From: Edaphobacter aggregans
GTDB lineage: Bacteria; Acidobacteriota; Terriglobia; Terriglobales; Acidobacteriaceae
DNA length: 32,000 nt
Assembly (NCBI RefSeq): GCF_003945235.1
Contig: NZ_RSDW01000001.1
Location: 540,001 to 572,000, forward strand
Reading direction: 5' to 3'
Shown here: positions 15,335 through 24,542 of the stretch, piece by piece
Position numbering within the stretch: the stretch's first letter is position 1
Layout: each line of letters starts with the position of its first letter
Program-made: the position numbers and the translations under genes
Notes under the pieces: model-generated
Told to the model about the DNA's origin: nothing
Database searches by the model: none
Seen by the model: only the letters and a program-made list of their open reading frames with translations

Positions 15335-18300
15335 CTAGAAGAGGAGTTTGAGAGAGAGTTGACCGATGCGTGGATCACCACCATAAGTGGCCGTGGACGT
15401 GATGCGGCCAAAGGCTCCGTTAGTCACCGACGCGGTCGGATCGCCGAAGTTGGTGTGGTTCAGTACATTGAAAAACTCCGCACGGAATTGAAACTGCACG
15501 GATTCATGCACGGGGAAGTAGCGCATGGCGCTGACATCCCAGTCGACGTTCCGTGGTCCAACGAAGCTGCCCTTTACGATGTTGCCGTAGGACAGGGGTA
15601 GGTTCACGGTATAGCTGGGATTGGCTGAGAAGTTCGCCGTATTCAGAAAGGACTTGCAGGCGGTGGTGACCGTTCCGCAGGCGTTGCCGCCGTAGGGGTT
15701 CTGACCGTTCCACACGCCACGTTCGCGACCCAGATTTGTTCCGCTGTTGCCGGCGCCTGTTATCGTGAGCGGATCGCCACTGCGGAAGGCAAAAATGCCG
15801 TTGGTCTGCCAGCCGTTCGCCACATAGCGCAAGACAGCATTGCCATCCGAAAGCTTCGGAAGAGTCCATACGTAAGACATCGATATTACGTTGCGGTGGT
15901 CGTAGTCCGAAGGACCGTAGTCGAGCCTCTTGAAATTGGGCTCGTACACCGGGAGCGCGTAGCCGGATCCGGGCACGACAGCCGTGGCCGATGCTCCGAA
16001 CGGGAAGTTATCGATCGCCTTCGACCAGGTGTAGTTGAAGAAGAGGGTCAGGCCGTTGCTAACGCGCTCTTGAAGCGAGCCCTGCAGCGAGTGGTAGGTC
16101 GCGTTGCCGCCGGAGTCCGTCAGGGCGATCTGCTGCGTGTAGTTCTGCAGCGTATTCGTGGAGTAGTAGATGCGTTTGCCGATACTCGGGCCCTGGTTGT
16201 AGGTCGGGTTGATATCGGATGGCACGTACTGATGATTGCTCCGCGAACCGACGTAGGCGATCCGGCTGGAGAGGTTGTTGGTGAGTTGCTGCTCGACGGC
16301 AAGGTTCCACGAGTAGGTTACAGGAAGCCGCCACGTCGTGGGATTGAACGTGGTGTAACTCGAGTTCTGATAGTTGGCCGTAGTGAAGTAACTGGCCGGC
16401 GGTGGCTGCGGAGCTGGAAAGGGATTGCCGCCAGTGATATTCGCATAGGGGTTCGAGAAGTCGGCCAGTGCAGTAGGCAGGAACTGGACGTTGACCGAGG
16501 CAACGAACGGTACAGAGTTGGCGAAGATGTTGTCGAATACACCGGGCAGGCGCGTGTCGAAGAACTGACCGCCGCCGCCGCGAACGCTGGTCTTGCCATT
16601 GCCGATGGCATCCCATGCGAAGCCGAAACGCGGCATGAAGTGCGTGTAGACGGGATAGACCATGTTCTCGACAAAGCCCTGATCGCCGGGAAAGAGCAAG
16701 CCGGCGAGGGCGGTCGGATGGGTCGTCGAGATGGTGCCAGCGGTACGTGCGGTGGGGCTGAACATTCCCTGTCGCTCGAGCTTCTCATGCTGGGGAAAGA
16801 AGGGCTCATAGCGAACACCGTAGTTCAGAGTCAGGCGACGGTTCACTCTCCAACTGTCCTGCCCGTAGAAGCCCAATACGTGATAGCGGTTATTGAAGTA
16901 TTGTCCGGAGGCTTGCTGAAAGTTGGTCAGGCCGCCGAGTAGGAATCCAGCCAAAGGGTTCGAGATGGACGAGTTGCTGTTGAACACGAAGATGCCCGGT
17001 TGCTGGAACTGATTGTCGACGTCAACCTTGGACAGTTCTCCATGAAACCCGAAGCCAAGGGTGTGGCTTCCGACGACCCAGTGCAGATCGTCACCAAGCG
17101 TGTAGTTGTTGCGACGGAAGGTAGCTGCCGGGTTGTCTCCGATGGTAAAGAAGCCTGCAGCCTGAATCTGGTTGATTTGCTTGAACGCAGGCTGCCAGAC
17201 ATTTACGCCAAGGTCATTTACGTTGGGAGCTCCAGGCAGCGGGCCACGCGAAGCGTTCACAATCTGGTAGCTGAGGATAAGGTTGTTCAGCACCCGGTCG
17301 TTGAAGATGTGCGTATGCGAGATCAGCGCGTTGTGGTAACGAATGGCCGACTCGTCGGCGTAGCTGAGTAGATCCGACGTATCCAGTACACCAGCATTGT
17401 CGAAGCTATCGTAGAAATAGCGCAGCGTCAGGTGGTCCTTTGCGGTCAATGTCTGGTCGACGCGGGCTGTGTACTCCACGAAATTCTGACGGACAGGACG
17501 GAAGAACTGGTACGTTCCATCATTGCCGCTGATGGTCGGCAGGAACTTCAACAGAGCTAGAGAAGACTTGTTGTAGTCGTTCGGATTCAGGTTGCAGGTG
17601 AAGGTGCTGCCGGTTGGTGTGCAAGGATACGGCGCAAGAGTCTTGGGGTTCAGGACACGGCTGGCGAGGCCGGTAAAAGTTCCTGCGAGTTGCGCGGGCG
17701 TGGGAAGAAAGGCAGTGCCACCTACGCCACTCGTGCGAATTCGTGTGGACTGGACGCCAAAGAAGAAGAACGTCTTGTCGCGGCCGTCGTAAAGATGCGG
17801 AATCCGGACCGGACCGCCAATGGTGCCGCCGAACTGGTTGCGCTTGAGAGGATCGCGCGTCTTCACGCCATTCACGTAGCTGAAGTAGTTCGCAGCATTG
17901 AATTCTCGGTTGCGGAGGTATTCGAAGGCGCTACCGTGAAACCTGTTGGTTCCGCTACCAGTGACAATGTTGACTACGCCGCCGGCGTTCTGACCATACT
18001 CGGCGTTGTAGTTGCTGGTTTGGACGCTGAACTCCTGTAGGGCATCCGGCATGGGAAAGGGGGCGTTGACATTGGTGTATTCGTCGATGTTGTTGCCGCC
18101 ATCCAACATGTAGTTCACCTGGTTAGCGCGGGTACCATTGATCGTGACGGCGGCGACTACCGGAAATGTCTTGGTCTGTCCCTGGTCGATGTTGGCGCTG
18201 GATGCGACGACCACGCCAGGCACCAGAGTGGTGAGTGTCGCAGCGTTACGACCGTTGAGCGGCAGATCGTTGATTCGCTTTTGGTCGATCACCTGCGAGA

Positions 18301-18724
18301 GCGTACCCGTCGTGGTGTCGATCTGCGGGGGCGCGGCAGAGACGTCAACGGTTTGTGTCGTGCCGCCCACCTGGAGTGCGACATTGACAGTCACGGCCTG
18401 GTCGGCCTGGAGGACGATGTTGTGCTGGATGAAGTTGGAGAATCCAGAGGCTGAGACGGAGATGTTGTATTCGGCGGGGGCGAGCGACGGGAAGACAAAA
18501 CTGCCGTCGCCACCGCTTTCGACAGTGGTCTGGCCGTTGGTGGCCACACTAGTTGCAACGACGTGGGCGTTGGGCACTGCGGCACCCGTGGCGTCGGTGA
18601 CGGTTCCGGAGATGCGCGCGAATCCCTGAGCGTATGCGGTGGACCCTGTCAGAAGAGTCAGGCAGACTGCGATCAGGAAGACGACTGTTGTGTGTGGAAT
18701 TGTTCGTGAGAGAGCGATTTTCAT
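15335..18724 (-). CDS. TonB-dependent outer-membrane receptor with an N-terminal carboxypeptidase-regulatory-like (CarboxypepD_reg) domain
   Basis: The ORF is open from 18769. I prefer the ATG at 18724 because GGAGG (18737-18733, minus strand) lies 8 nt upstream and it yields the signal peptide MKIALSRTIPHTTVVFLIAVCLTLLTGSTAYAQG. ISGTVTDATGAAVPNAHVVA...YNISVSASGF is the CarboxypepD_reg domain. INDLPLNGRNAATLTTLVPGV is the plug. The long beta-barrel ends in LSLKLLF with a C-terminal Phe. Confidence 0.85.
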   Translation of the reverse strand: MKIALSRTIPHTTVVFLIAVCLTLLTGSTAYAQGFARISGTVTDATGAAVPNAHVVATSVATNGQTTVESGGDGSFVFPSLAPAEYNISVSASGFSNFIQHNIVLQADQAVTVNVALQVGGTTQTVDVSAAPPQIDTTTGTLSQVIDQKRINDLPLNGRNAATLTTLVPGVVVASSANIDQGQTKTFPVVAAVTINGTRANQVNYMLDGGNNIDEYTNVNAPFPMPDALQEFSVQTSNYNAEYGQNAGGVVNIVTGSGTNRFHGSAFEYLRNREFNAANYFSYVNGVKTRDPLKRNQFGGTIGGPVRIPHLYDGRDKTFFFFGVQSTRIRTSGVGGTAFLPTPAQLAGTFTGLASRVLNPKTLAPYPCTPTGSTFTCNLNPNDYNKSSLALLKFLPTISGNDGTYQFFRPVRQNFVEYTARVDQTLTAKDHLTLRYFYDSFDNAGVLDTSDLLSYADESAIRYHNALISHTHIFNDRVLNNLILSYQIVNASRGPLPGAPNVNDLGVNVWQPAFKQINQIQAAGFFTIGDNPAATFRRNNYTLGDDLHWVVGSHTLGFGFHGELSKVDVDNQFQQPGIFVFNSNSSISNPLAGFLLGGLTNFQQASGQYFNNRYHVLGFYGQDSWRVNRRLTLNYGVRYEPFFPQHEKLERQGMFSPTARTAGTISTTHPTALAGLLFPGDQGFVENMVYPVYTHFMPRFGFAWDAIGNGKTSVRGGGGQFFDTRLPGVFDNIFANSVPFVASVNVQFLPTALADFSNPYANITGGNPFPAPQPPPASYFTTANYQNSSYTTFNPTTWRLPVTYSWNLAVEQQLTNNLSSRIAYVGSRSNHQYVPSDINPTYNQGPSIGKRIYYSTNTLQNYTQQIALTDSGGNATYHSLQGSLQERVSNGLTLFFNYTWSKAIDNFPFGASATAVVPGSGYALPVYEPNFKRLDYGPSDYDHRNVISMSYVWTLPKLSDGNAVLRYVANGWQTNGIFAFRSGDPLTITGAGNSGTNLGRERGVWNGQNPYGGNACGTVTTACKSFLNTANFSANPSYTVNLPLSYGNIVKGSFVGPRNVDWDVSAMRYFPVHESVQFQFRAEFFNVLNHTNFGDPTASVTNGAFGRITSTATYGGDPRIGQLSLKLLF

Positions 18725-18787
18725 GCGATCAGCCTCCGCTATACAGACCTTTGGGAAACGCCGGAACATTCAAATTAGAAACAAATT

Positions 18788-18807
18788 CATCTCGGAACAC
18801 CGAGATG
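18788..18807. promoter_or_regulatory. Perfect 8-bp inverted repeat in the divergent TonB-receptor / GHL6 promoter region (candidate operator)
   Basis: catctcgg-aaca-ccgagatg, located 64 nt upstream of the receptor ATG and about 150 nt upstream of the hydrolase ATG. Confidence 0.3.
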
Positions 18808-18959
18808 CTAACCCTTGATTATTTCGACTGTCAAATTTAAAGTGACGAACGGCTTTGGCCCGGTATCGCGATGATAAAGACCCGGCCGTGGTGATCCATT
18901 CGGATGCTGTGACCAGGCCCGATTACACTTCCCTCGTAGATGAAATAAGGGGATCCCTA

Positions 18960-21194
18960 ATGCTGAATCGCCGAACATTCCTTAAGACTGGCGCAGTTGC
19001 TCTTCCGTTGGCGACCGCGCTCGACGCCATCCCTGCTGCAGCGCTCTCCGCAGAGGAAGTCGCTGCCGTTGCGACTGGTGGCCCCGCACCGAAGCTTGTG
19101 TCTTTGCCGTCGCGCCTTGCTCCGCTTGATCCGGCTACTCAGCCGTGGCAGAAGAGGGTTCGTCGCGTTGGACAGAGCAACATGACGGAGCACGATCCTG
19201 CTGTCATGAACATCGAAGAGTGGGCTGACTATTGGCACTCTGCTGGCGCCGACCTCGTCTTCGTCAGCGTGACGGGCATTCTTGCGTTTTATCCGTCGAA
19301 GGTGCCGTTTCATCGACATGGAAAATTTTTGAACAACCGGGATTTCTTTGGCGAGTGCACCGCCGCTGCGAAGAAGCGCGGCATGCGAGTTGTTGCGCGC
19401 ATGAGTCCCGATCTCAACTGGGGCGATGCGCTCGAGGCTCATCCTGAGTGGGCCATGCGAAACAAGGATGGCTCCGTTCAGTTCAACGGCGAGGAACCGC
19501 GACTCTTCAAGACCTGCATGTTTTCTACTTACATGGATGACTATGTGCCTGCCATCATCCGCGAGGTTAATTCGCTCTACGATGTCGATTGCTTCTATAC
19601 GAACGGATGGCCGCCACTGGGTAGCCTGCCTGAGTGCCATTGCTCTGTTTGCAGCAAGCTGCCGCCTACGGGTACTCCAGCTTATTGGCGGGCCTTCAAC
19701 GATCGTCTCTTTGATCTTTGGCAGAGGTACGATGCTCTCGCGAAAGAGAAAAAGCCGGACAGCTTCTTCTTTGCCAATCTCGGCGGCAACGTCCATGCGG
19801 GGCCTAATCTCGATCGTCTTGCAAAGATCGCCGCATGGTTTCAGGGCGATAACCAGGGCCGCACCTACGACGACCCTGCCGTGTGGGGCTGCACATTGCA
19901 AGGTCGCGTTGCCAATGCCGTTCAGGATGGCAATCTTGCTGCGGCCAATGTGACGGCCAGCTATTCAACCGGCGTGGTTCGCTGGCGTAACGCTTCGAAG
20001 ACTCCCGACGAGGCGAAGATGTGGCTGAACGAAACCCTTGCCAGTGGAATGATTCCCTACTTCCACTTCATCGGCTCAGAGGCTGGCCTGGGCGAAGACC
20101 GGCGCTGGCAGGCGGTTGGCAGAGACTATTTTCCATGGACCGCCAAGCATGATGCCCACTTAAAATCGCGACGCTCTGTCGCCAACATTGGCGTTGTCAT
20201 GGGTCAAAGTACGCAACTGCTTTACAAAGGCCCGGAGACGGCACGTTCGCGGGAGTACATGCGAGAGACCACGCATGGAATCTACGATGCTCTCCTGCGG
20301 GGTCGATTTGCTTTCGACCTTGTGCATGAGGATCGTCTTGATCGCGAGCATCTTAGCAAGTATCGCGCTCTTTTGTTGCCCAACATCGCCATGCTCAGCG
20401 ATCGTCAGTGCCAACAGATTCGTGACTATGTGAGTTCTGGGGGATCGATCATGGGCAGCTTCGAAACTGGTCTCTACGACGAGGAGTTGAAGCCGCGCTC
20501 TGACTTCGGTCTCGCTGAAGTTTTTGGCGTCAGCAAGGCGGGTGACGTTATCGGCACGAACGGCAATGCGTACTACGGACGCATCGAGCGCCAGCACTCC
20601 ATCCTTGCGGGGTTCGCCGACACCAACTGGCTTCCGGGCGCGCAAAATCGGATTCCGCTCAAGCCTGTTGCGGATCCTGTCCTCACTGTGGTTCCCGGCT
20701 TCGTGCAGTATCCGCCAGAGCTGGCCTATCCTCCCGTATCGCACACGGACGAGCCTGCTGTTGTCCTTCGTGAGATTAGCTCAAGCCGCGTCGCGTGGTT
20801 TCCGGGAGACATTGAGCGGACATACTGGCTCACCGGCCACGGCGATCTTCTTCGACTTCTTCACAACACAATTCGATGGATCACGCGCGATGAGAGCATC
20901 GTGCATGTGGAAGGCGAAGGGTTCATTGAGATGTCTGCATGGGAGACGGTCCCAGGCTACGCCGTCCACCTGCTCAACTACACCAACCCCAACGCGCACC
21001 ATGGCTGGATGCAGGCGATCTACCCGCTTGGTCAGCAGATCGTCAGCATGACACTGCCGGCAGGGGTGAAGGTGAAGTCCGTCGAACTACTGAGCGCCGG
21101 AAGCGCAGTGCCTTTTCGTGTGGAAGGCGAGACCCTGCGCTTCACGATACCGCGCGTCGATGATTACGAGGTTGCGGCGATTACCGTTGGGTGA
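18960..21194 (+). CDS. Tat-secreted putative glycoside hydrolase (GHL6-like TIM barrel plus GH42-type trimerisation/GATase1-like domain)
   Basis: The ORF is open from the TTG at 18855. The ATG at 18960 has AAGGGGA upstream and gives MLNRRTFLKTGAVALPLATAL, a twin-arginine signal. EEWADYWHSAGADLVFVSVTGILAFYPSKVPFH...FFGECTAAAKKRGMRVVARMSPD is GHL6-like. YRALLLPNIAMLSDRQCQQIRDYVSSGGSIMGSFETGLYDE resembles the GH42 middle domain. Confidence 0.5.
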   Translation: MLNRRTFLKTGAVALPLATALDAIPAAALSAEEVAAVATGGPAPKLVSLPSRLAPLDPATQPWQKRVRRVGQSNMTEHDPAVMNIEEWADYWHSAGADLVFVSVTGILAFYPSKVPFHRHGKFLNNRDFFGECTAAAKKRGMRVVARMSPDLNWGDALEAHPEWAMRNKDGSVQFNGEEPRLFKTCMFSTYMDDYVPAIIREVNSLYDVDCFYTNGWPPLGSLPECHCSVCSKLPPTGTPAYWRAFNDRLFDLWQRYDALAKEKKPDSFFFANLGGNVHAGPNLDRLAKIAAWFQGDNQGRTYDDPAVWGCTLQGRVANAVQDGNLAAANVTASYSTGVVRWRNASKTPDEAKMWLNETLASGMIPYFHFIGSEAGLGEDRRWQAVGRDYFPWTAKHDAHLKSRRSVANIGVVMGQSTQLLYKGPETARSREYMRETTHGIYDALLRGRFAFDLVHEDRLDREHLSKYRALLLPNIAMLSDRQCQQIRDYVSSGGSIMGSFETGLYDEELKPRSDFGLAEVFGVSKAGDVIGTNGNAYYGRIERQHSILAGFADTNWLPGAQNRIPLKPVADPVLTVVPGFVQYPPELAYPPVSHTDEPAVVLREISSSRVAWFPGDIERTYWLTGHGDLLRLLHNTIRWITRDESIVHVEGEGFIEMSAWETVPGYAVHLLNYTNPNAHHGWMQAIYPLGQQIVSMTLPAGVKVKSVELLSAGSAVPFRVEGETLRFTIPRVDDYEVAAITVG

Positions 21195-21241
21195 ACTCGC
21201 CGCTCTCGATGCTCGCCGTCGCCGACGGAGCAACGTGGATT

Positions 21242-22276
21242 TTAGCTCACGTCGCGCCAGTCGAGGATGACTTTGCCGGAGTTGCCGGAGCGCATGGCGT
21301 CGAAGCCTTGTTCATAGTCGCGCCAGTTCATGCGGTGTGTGATGACCTTGGAGATGTCGAGGCCGCTTTGGAGCATGACCGTCATCTTGTACCAGGTCTC
21401 GTACATCTCGCGCCCGTAGATGCCGCGGATGGTGAGTTGGTTGAAGACGACCTGGTTCCAGTCGATAGAGATGTCTTCGGATGGGATGCCGAGCATGGCG
21501 ATCTTTGCGCCGTGGCTCATGTTGGCGAGCATCTCGCGGAAGGCGCTGGGATTGCCGGACATCTCCAGGCCGACGTCGAAGCCCTCATGCATGTCGAGTT
21601 TCTGCTGGATCTCTTTGAGCGGTGTGGCACGCGGGTCGACGGCGAGGGTGACTCCAACTTTGGTGGCGAGCTCGCGGCGGTACTGGTTGGGGTCAGAGAT
21701 GACGACGTAGCGGGCTCCGGCGTGGCGAGCTACAGCAGCCGCCATGATGCCGATGGGACCGGCTCCCGTGACGAGGACGTCTTCGCCGAGGACGGGAAAG
21801 GCGAGCGCGGTATGAACGGCGTTGCCGAGGGGGTCGAAGATGGCAGCGATCTCGTGGGAGATGCCGGGGGAGTGGCTCCAGATGTTGGACATCGGGATGA
21901 CGACGTACTCGGCGAAGGCTCCGTCGCGATTGACACCAACGCCGAGGGTATGAGCACAGAGGTGACGGCGGCCGGCGAGGCAGTTGCGGCAGCGTCCGCA
22001 GACAACGTGGCCTTCTCCGCTGACAAGCTGGCCTATAGGGAGATCGGTGACATTGGAGCCGACGGCGACGACTTCGCCGACAAACTCGTGGCCGATGACG
22101 AGACCCTGGCGGATGGTGGAGCGAGCCCAGGCGTCCCAATCGTAGATGTGGAGGTCGGTGCCGCAGATGCCTGTGTAGAGGACGCGGATCTTTACGTCAT
22201 TGATGCCCATCTCGGGCTCGGGTACATCCTGGAGCCAGAGGCCGCGTTCATCACGGCTTTTTACGAGTGCCTTCAC
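21242..22276 (-). CDS. tdh: L-threonine 3-dehydrogenase
   Basis: 344 aa with a GTG start. It is colinear with E. coli Tdh as I recall it: MKAL.K....G.W..DVP.PE.G.ND..I......ICGTD.HIY.WD.W...TI....[124 protein letters not shown]. Confidence 0.95.
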   Translation of the reverse strand: MKALVKSRDERGLWLQDVPEPEMGINDVKIRVLYTGICGTDLHIYDWDAWARSTIRQGLVIGHEFVGEVVAVGSNVTDLPIGQLVSGEGHVVCGRCRNCLAGRRHLCAHTLGVGVNRDGAFAEYVVIPMSNIWSHSPGISHEIAAIFDPLGNAVHTALAFPVLGEDVLVTGAGPIGIMAAAVARHAGARYVVISDPNQYRRELATKVGVTLAVDPRATPLKEIQQKLDMHEGFDVGLEMSGNPSAFREMLANMSHGAKIAMLGIPSEDISIDWNQVVFNQLTIRGIYGREMYETWYKMTVMLQSGLDISKVITHRMNWRDYEQGFDAMRSGNSGKVILDWRDVS

Positions 22277-22375
22277 GGGGAGTGCCTTTCCTGTCTGGGG
22301 AGCAAACAGTGGGTTGATTCGGTCTCGCTACACTTTTTCGATTTGCGTGACCCTCATTGATTTTACTCGTCGAGG

Positions 22376-23206
22376 CTATTCAACCGGGGAGTGCCTGGTC
22401 CAATCGAAGCGACGGCCGACGATTCCCTTGACAATGAGGTGATCGGTGGCGGAGGTGGGGCCGATGCCGACGCCGAAGTTGATCTCCCATTTGGGCGAGA
22501 GGTTGAGGTCGGTGACAGCGAAGACTTGCTGCTGCTGATTGCGGAGTGTGTCGGGAGAGGTGATGCGGCCGTAATCGGCGTAGTATTCGATGCCGCCGCT
22601 GATCTTGCGTGTGAAGTCGTAGCCAACTTTGACGGCGGGGGCGAAGGCTACGCCCTGCGAGACATCGGGGCCGTGCCACGTGCGCTCGAGGGCGGGGTTG
22701 AAGGCGAAGTACCAGTGACCGACGGCTTTGTCGACGATGGGACGGATCTCCCATGTCCAGGTGTCGGGAGAGTAGATGGCACGCTGGTAGCCGACTTCAG
22801 TGGAGAGGCTTACGCCAACAGGCCAGTGCCATGAGTCGGGGACGCGGACGCGGGGGCGGATGTGGTCGCCGACCCACTGGACGCCGTGTCCATCCTGCGC
22901 GCTGGTGAAGATGTAGAAGCCGACCTCGGACCAGCTGGTGATTCCCTGGGTGATCTCGATGGTCTCGTGGAGCTGGTGGTTGGTGGGGTAGACGCCGTCG
23001 ATGGTTTTGACCTGGCCGTCGGGCGTGTAGTTGGAGTGCAGCTCGAGCATGGTGTTTTTGGCGGGCACCGTGTCGGCACCGTAGACCTGGATCTCGTAGT
23101 TCCCTTGGGCAGCGAGGGGAGAGGCGCAGAGGATCATGGCTGCTATGCAGAGCAGGAGGCGGAAGCGTGGAGGGCCGAGGTTGCCATGTGTCATGCAGTC
23201 AGGCAT
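22376..23206 (-). CDS. Predicted outer-membrane beta-barrel protein of unknown family, translationally coupled to the upstream multicopper oxidase
   Basis: 276-aa ORF with signal RFRLLLCIAAMILCASPLAAQG. It shows alternating-hydrophobicity strands rich in Y/W/G and a terminal ...VGRRFDW. Its ATG at 23206 overlaps the oxidase stop by 8 nt, and an alternative ATG at 23194 lies just past the stop. No CopB-type motifs were recognised. Confidence 0.55.
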   Translation of the reverse strand: MPDCMTHGNLGPPRFRLLLCIAAMILCASPLAAQGNYEIQVYGADTVPAKNTMLELHSNYTPDGQVKTIDGVYPTNHQLHETIEITQGITSWSEVGFYIFTSAQDGHGVQWVGDHIRPRVRVPDSWHWPVGVSLSTEVGYQRAIYSPDTWTWEIRPIVDKAVGHWYFAFNPALERTWHGPDVSQGVAFAPAVKVGYDFTRKISGGIEYYADYGRITSPDTLRNQQQQVFAVTDLNLSPKWEINFGVGIGPTSATDHLIVKGIVGRRFDWTRHSPVE

Positions 23207-24542
23207 AGCGGAACAGCATCATGAATCCCATGTCCATGTGGTCCTGCTGGTGGCAGTGGAAGAGTGTTGGGCCGGGGTTGTCGGCTGTGAACTCTACCTC
23301 TAGCTGAGTGCCGGCAGGAACAAGGACAGTGTCCTTCATGATACCGTGCGTCTCGGGATGACCCTGGATGCGGCGGAGTTCGAAGCTGTGACGGTGCAAA
23401 TGGACAGGGTGGTCGTCGGTGCTGCGATTTTTGAAGAGGAGGCGGTAGGGCTGGCCGGAGGTGAGGGTCGGGCTTTCGGTGTCGGGGTAGGATTTGCCGT
23501 TGATGAGCCAGCGGTCGAGGTCTCCGTGGCCTGCAAATTTAGATTCAAAGACGAGAGGGATTTCGATGGCTTTGGATTCGGGTGGCGGCGTGGGGTTGGC
23601 GAACTGGAGGTAGTCCCAGTTGAGGCTGGACGGTTGCTGCCACTGAGGCTTGCCGCTGCTGCCTGCGTATTCGACGACTATGCCCATCCCTCGGGCCTGG
23701 ACGCTTTTGCGGACTTCGCCGAGGATCCAGACGCCGGGGTTGTTCATCTCGACGACTGCGCAGATACGCTCGGCAGGAGAGAGGTGCAGCATCGGCACGG
23801 TCTGGGGCTGGGGTACAGGGTTGCCATCCAAAGCGACGACGCGAAGCTGATGACCGGCGAAGGCGATCCAGTGAGGATCCGTGGCGCTGGTGTTCACGAT
23901 GTGCAGCAGGATGCGCTGTCCCTGCTTGACGCGCAGAGGTTCACCAAAGCCCAGAGTGCGACCGTTGATGGTTGAGACGTCGTACGAAGGATTCATGGAG
24001 CCGTCGTCGCTTGCGAGCAGGTTGCCGTTCCAGTCGTGAAGTGCGAGGAAGAACTCCTGGTCGTAGGGCGCAGGATTCTGGCGTGGTTCGATGTACAAAA
24101 AGCCGTGTTGACCGGTGTATTGGGCCCTCTTTAGATCACGGCCAGCGAAGGTGTGGGTGTGGTACCAGCGGAATCCGGCGGGCCGGGGTGTAAAGGTGTA
24201 GCTCGCAGTGTTGCCGGGGGCGATATGAGGTGTGCCCTCCTCCATTGCGCCATCGACCGCCGGAGAAAGAAAGAGACCGTGCCAGTGGACGATCTCGTTG
24301 TTTGCGGTGTGGTTGGTGACCCGAATCGTCACGGGCTCGCCTTCTTTGAGGCGCAGCAGAGGTCCCGGCACTTGCGCGTTGTAAGCGATGGTCTTGATGG
24401 TGCGGCGGGGCGCGACCTCTAACGCGTAGGGAGCAATGTCGATGTTGTAATGCGGGGCATCGAGAGCACTGGCTAGGCCAGGGAGAGCAGCGGCGGCGGT
24501 TGCTGCACCTGTGAGCCCGATAAACTGACGTCTAGTGACCAT
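23199..24542 (-). CDS. Multicopper oxidase, Tat-secreted
   Basis: 447 aa. MVTRRQFIGLTGAATAAAALPGLASA is a twin-arginine signal. All four copper-ligand motifs are present: VHWHGL, WYHTH, HPVHLHRH, HCHQQDHMDMGFM. Confidence 0.9.
   Translation of the reverse strand: MVTRRQFIGLTGAATAAAALPGLASALDAPHYNIDIAPYALEVAPRRTIKTIAYNAQVPGPLLRLKEGEPVTIRVTNHTANNEIVHWHGLFLSPAVDGAMEEGTPHIAPGNTASYTFTPRPAGFRWYHTHTFAGRDLKRAQYTGQHGFLYIEPRQNPAPYDQEFFLALHDWNGNLLASDDGSMNPSYDVSTINGRTLGFGEPLRVKQGQRILLHIVNTSATDPHWIAFAGHQLRVVALDGNPVPQPQTVPMLHLSPAERICAVVEMNNPGVWILGEVRKSVQARGMGIVVEYAGSSGKPQWQQPSSLNWDYLQFANPTPPPESKAIEIPLVFESKFAGHGDLDRWLINGKSYPDTESPTLTSGQPYRLLFKNRSTDDHPVHLHRHSFELRRIQGHPETHGIMKDTVLVPAGTQLEVEFTADNPGPTLFHCHQQDHMDMGFMMLFRYA

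Noticed and set aside
15896-16942. 348-aa + strand ORF inside the TonB receptor gene
   Set aside because: It is a shadow ORF antisense to a well-supported receptor gene. The sequence is Arg/Val/Gly-rich with no recognisable motifs.
18725-18769. Extended N-terminus of the TonB receptor (MFRRFPKVCIAEADR...)
   Set aside because: The internal ATG at 18724 has a GGAGG SD 8 nt upstream and immediately gives a canonical signal peptide.
18855-18959. Extended N-terminus of the GHL6-like protein from the TTG at 18855
   Set aside because: The ATG at 18960 is SD-preceded and starts directly with a twin-arginine signal (MLNRRTFLKTG). The 35 extra residues would bury it.
18957-19901. 314-aa minus-strand ORF
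   Set aside because: It is antisense to the GHL6-like hydrolase, which has a Tat signal, an SD and family-like motifs. The ORF itself has no motif content.
21195-21241. Bidirectional terminator between the GHL6-like gene and tdh
   Set aside because: Only a short ccgtcg/cgacgg inverted repeat with a 1-nt spacer is present. That makes a sterically poor hairpin, and there is no T-run.
21191-22360. 389-aa + strand ORF
   Set aside because: It is antisense to tdh, which matches E. coli Tdh nearly block for block. The product is Asp/Gly/Ala/Val-rich and low-complexity.
22376-23206. Calling the barrel protein CopB (copper resistance protein B)
   Set aside because: The gene order after a multicopper oxidase suggests it, but I could not recognise CopB-family sequence features. 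It is left as an unclassified OM barrel.
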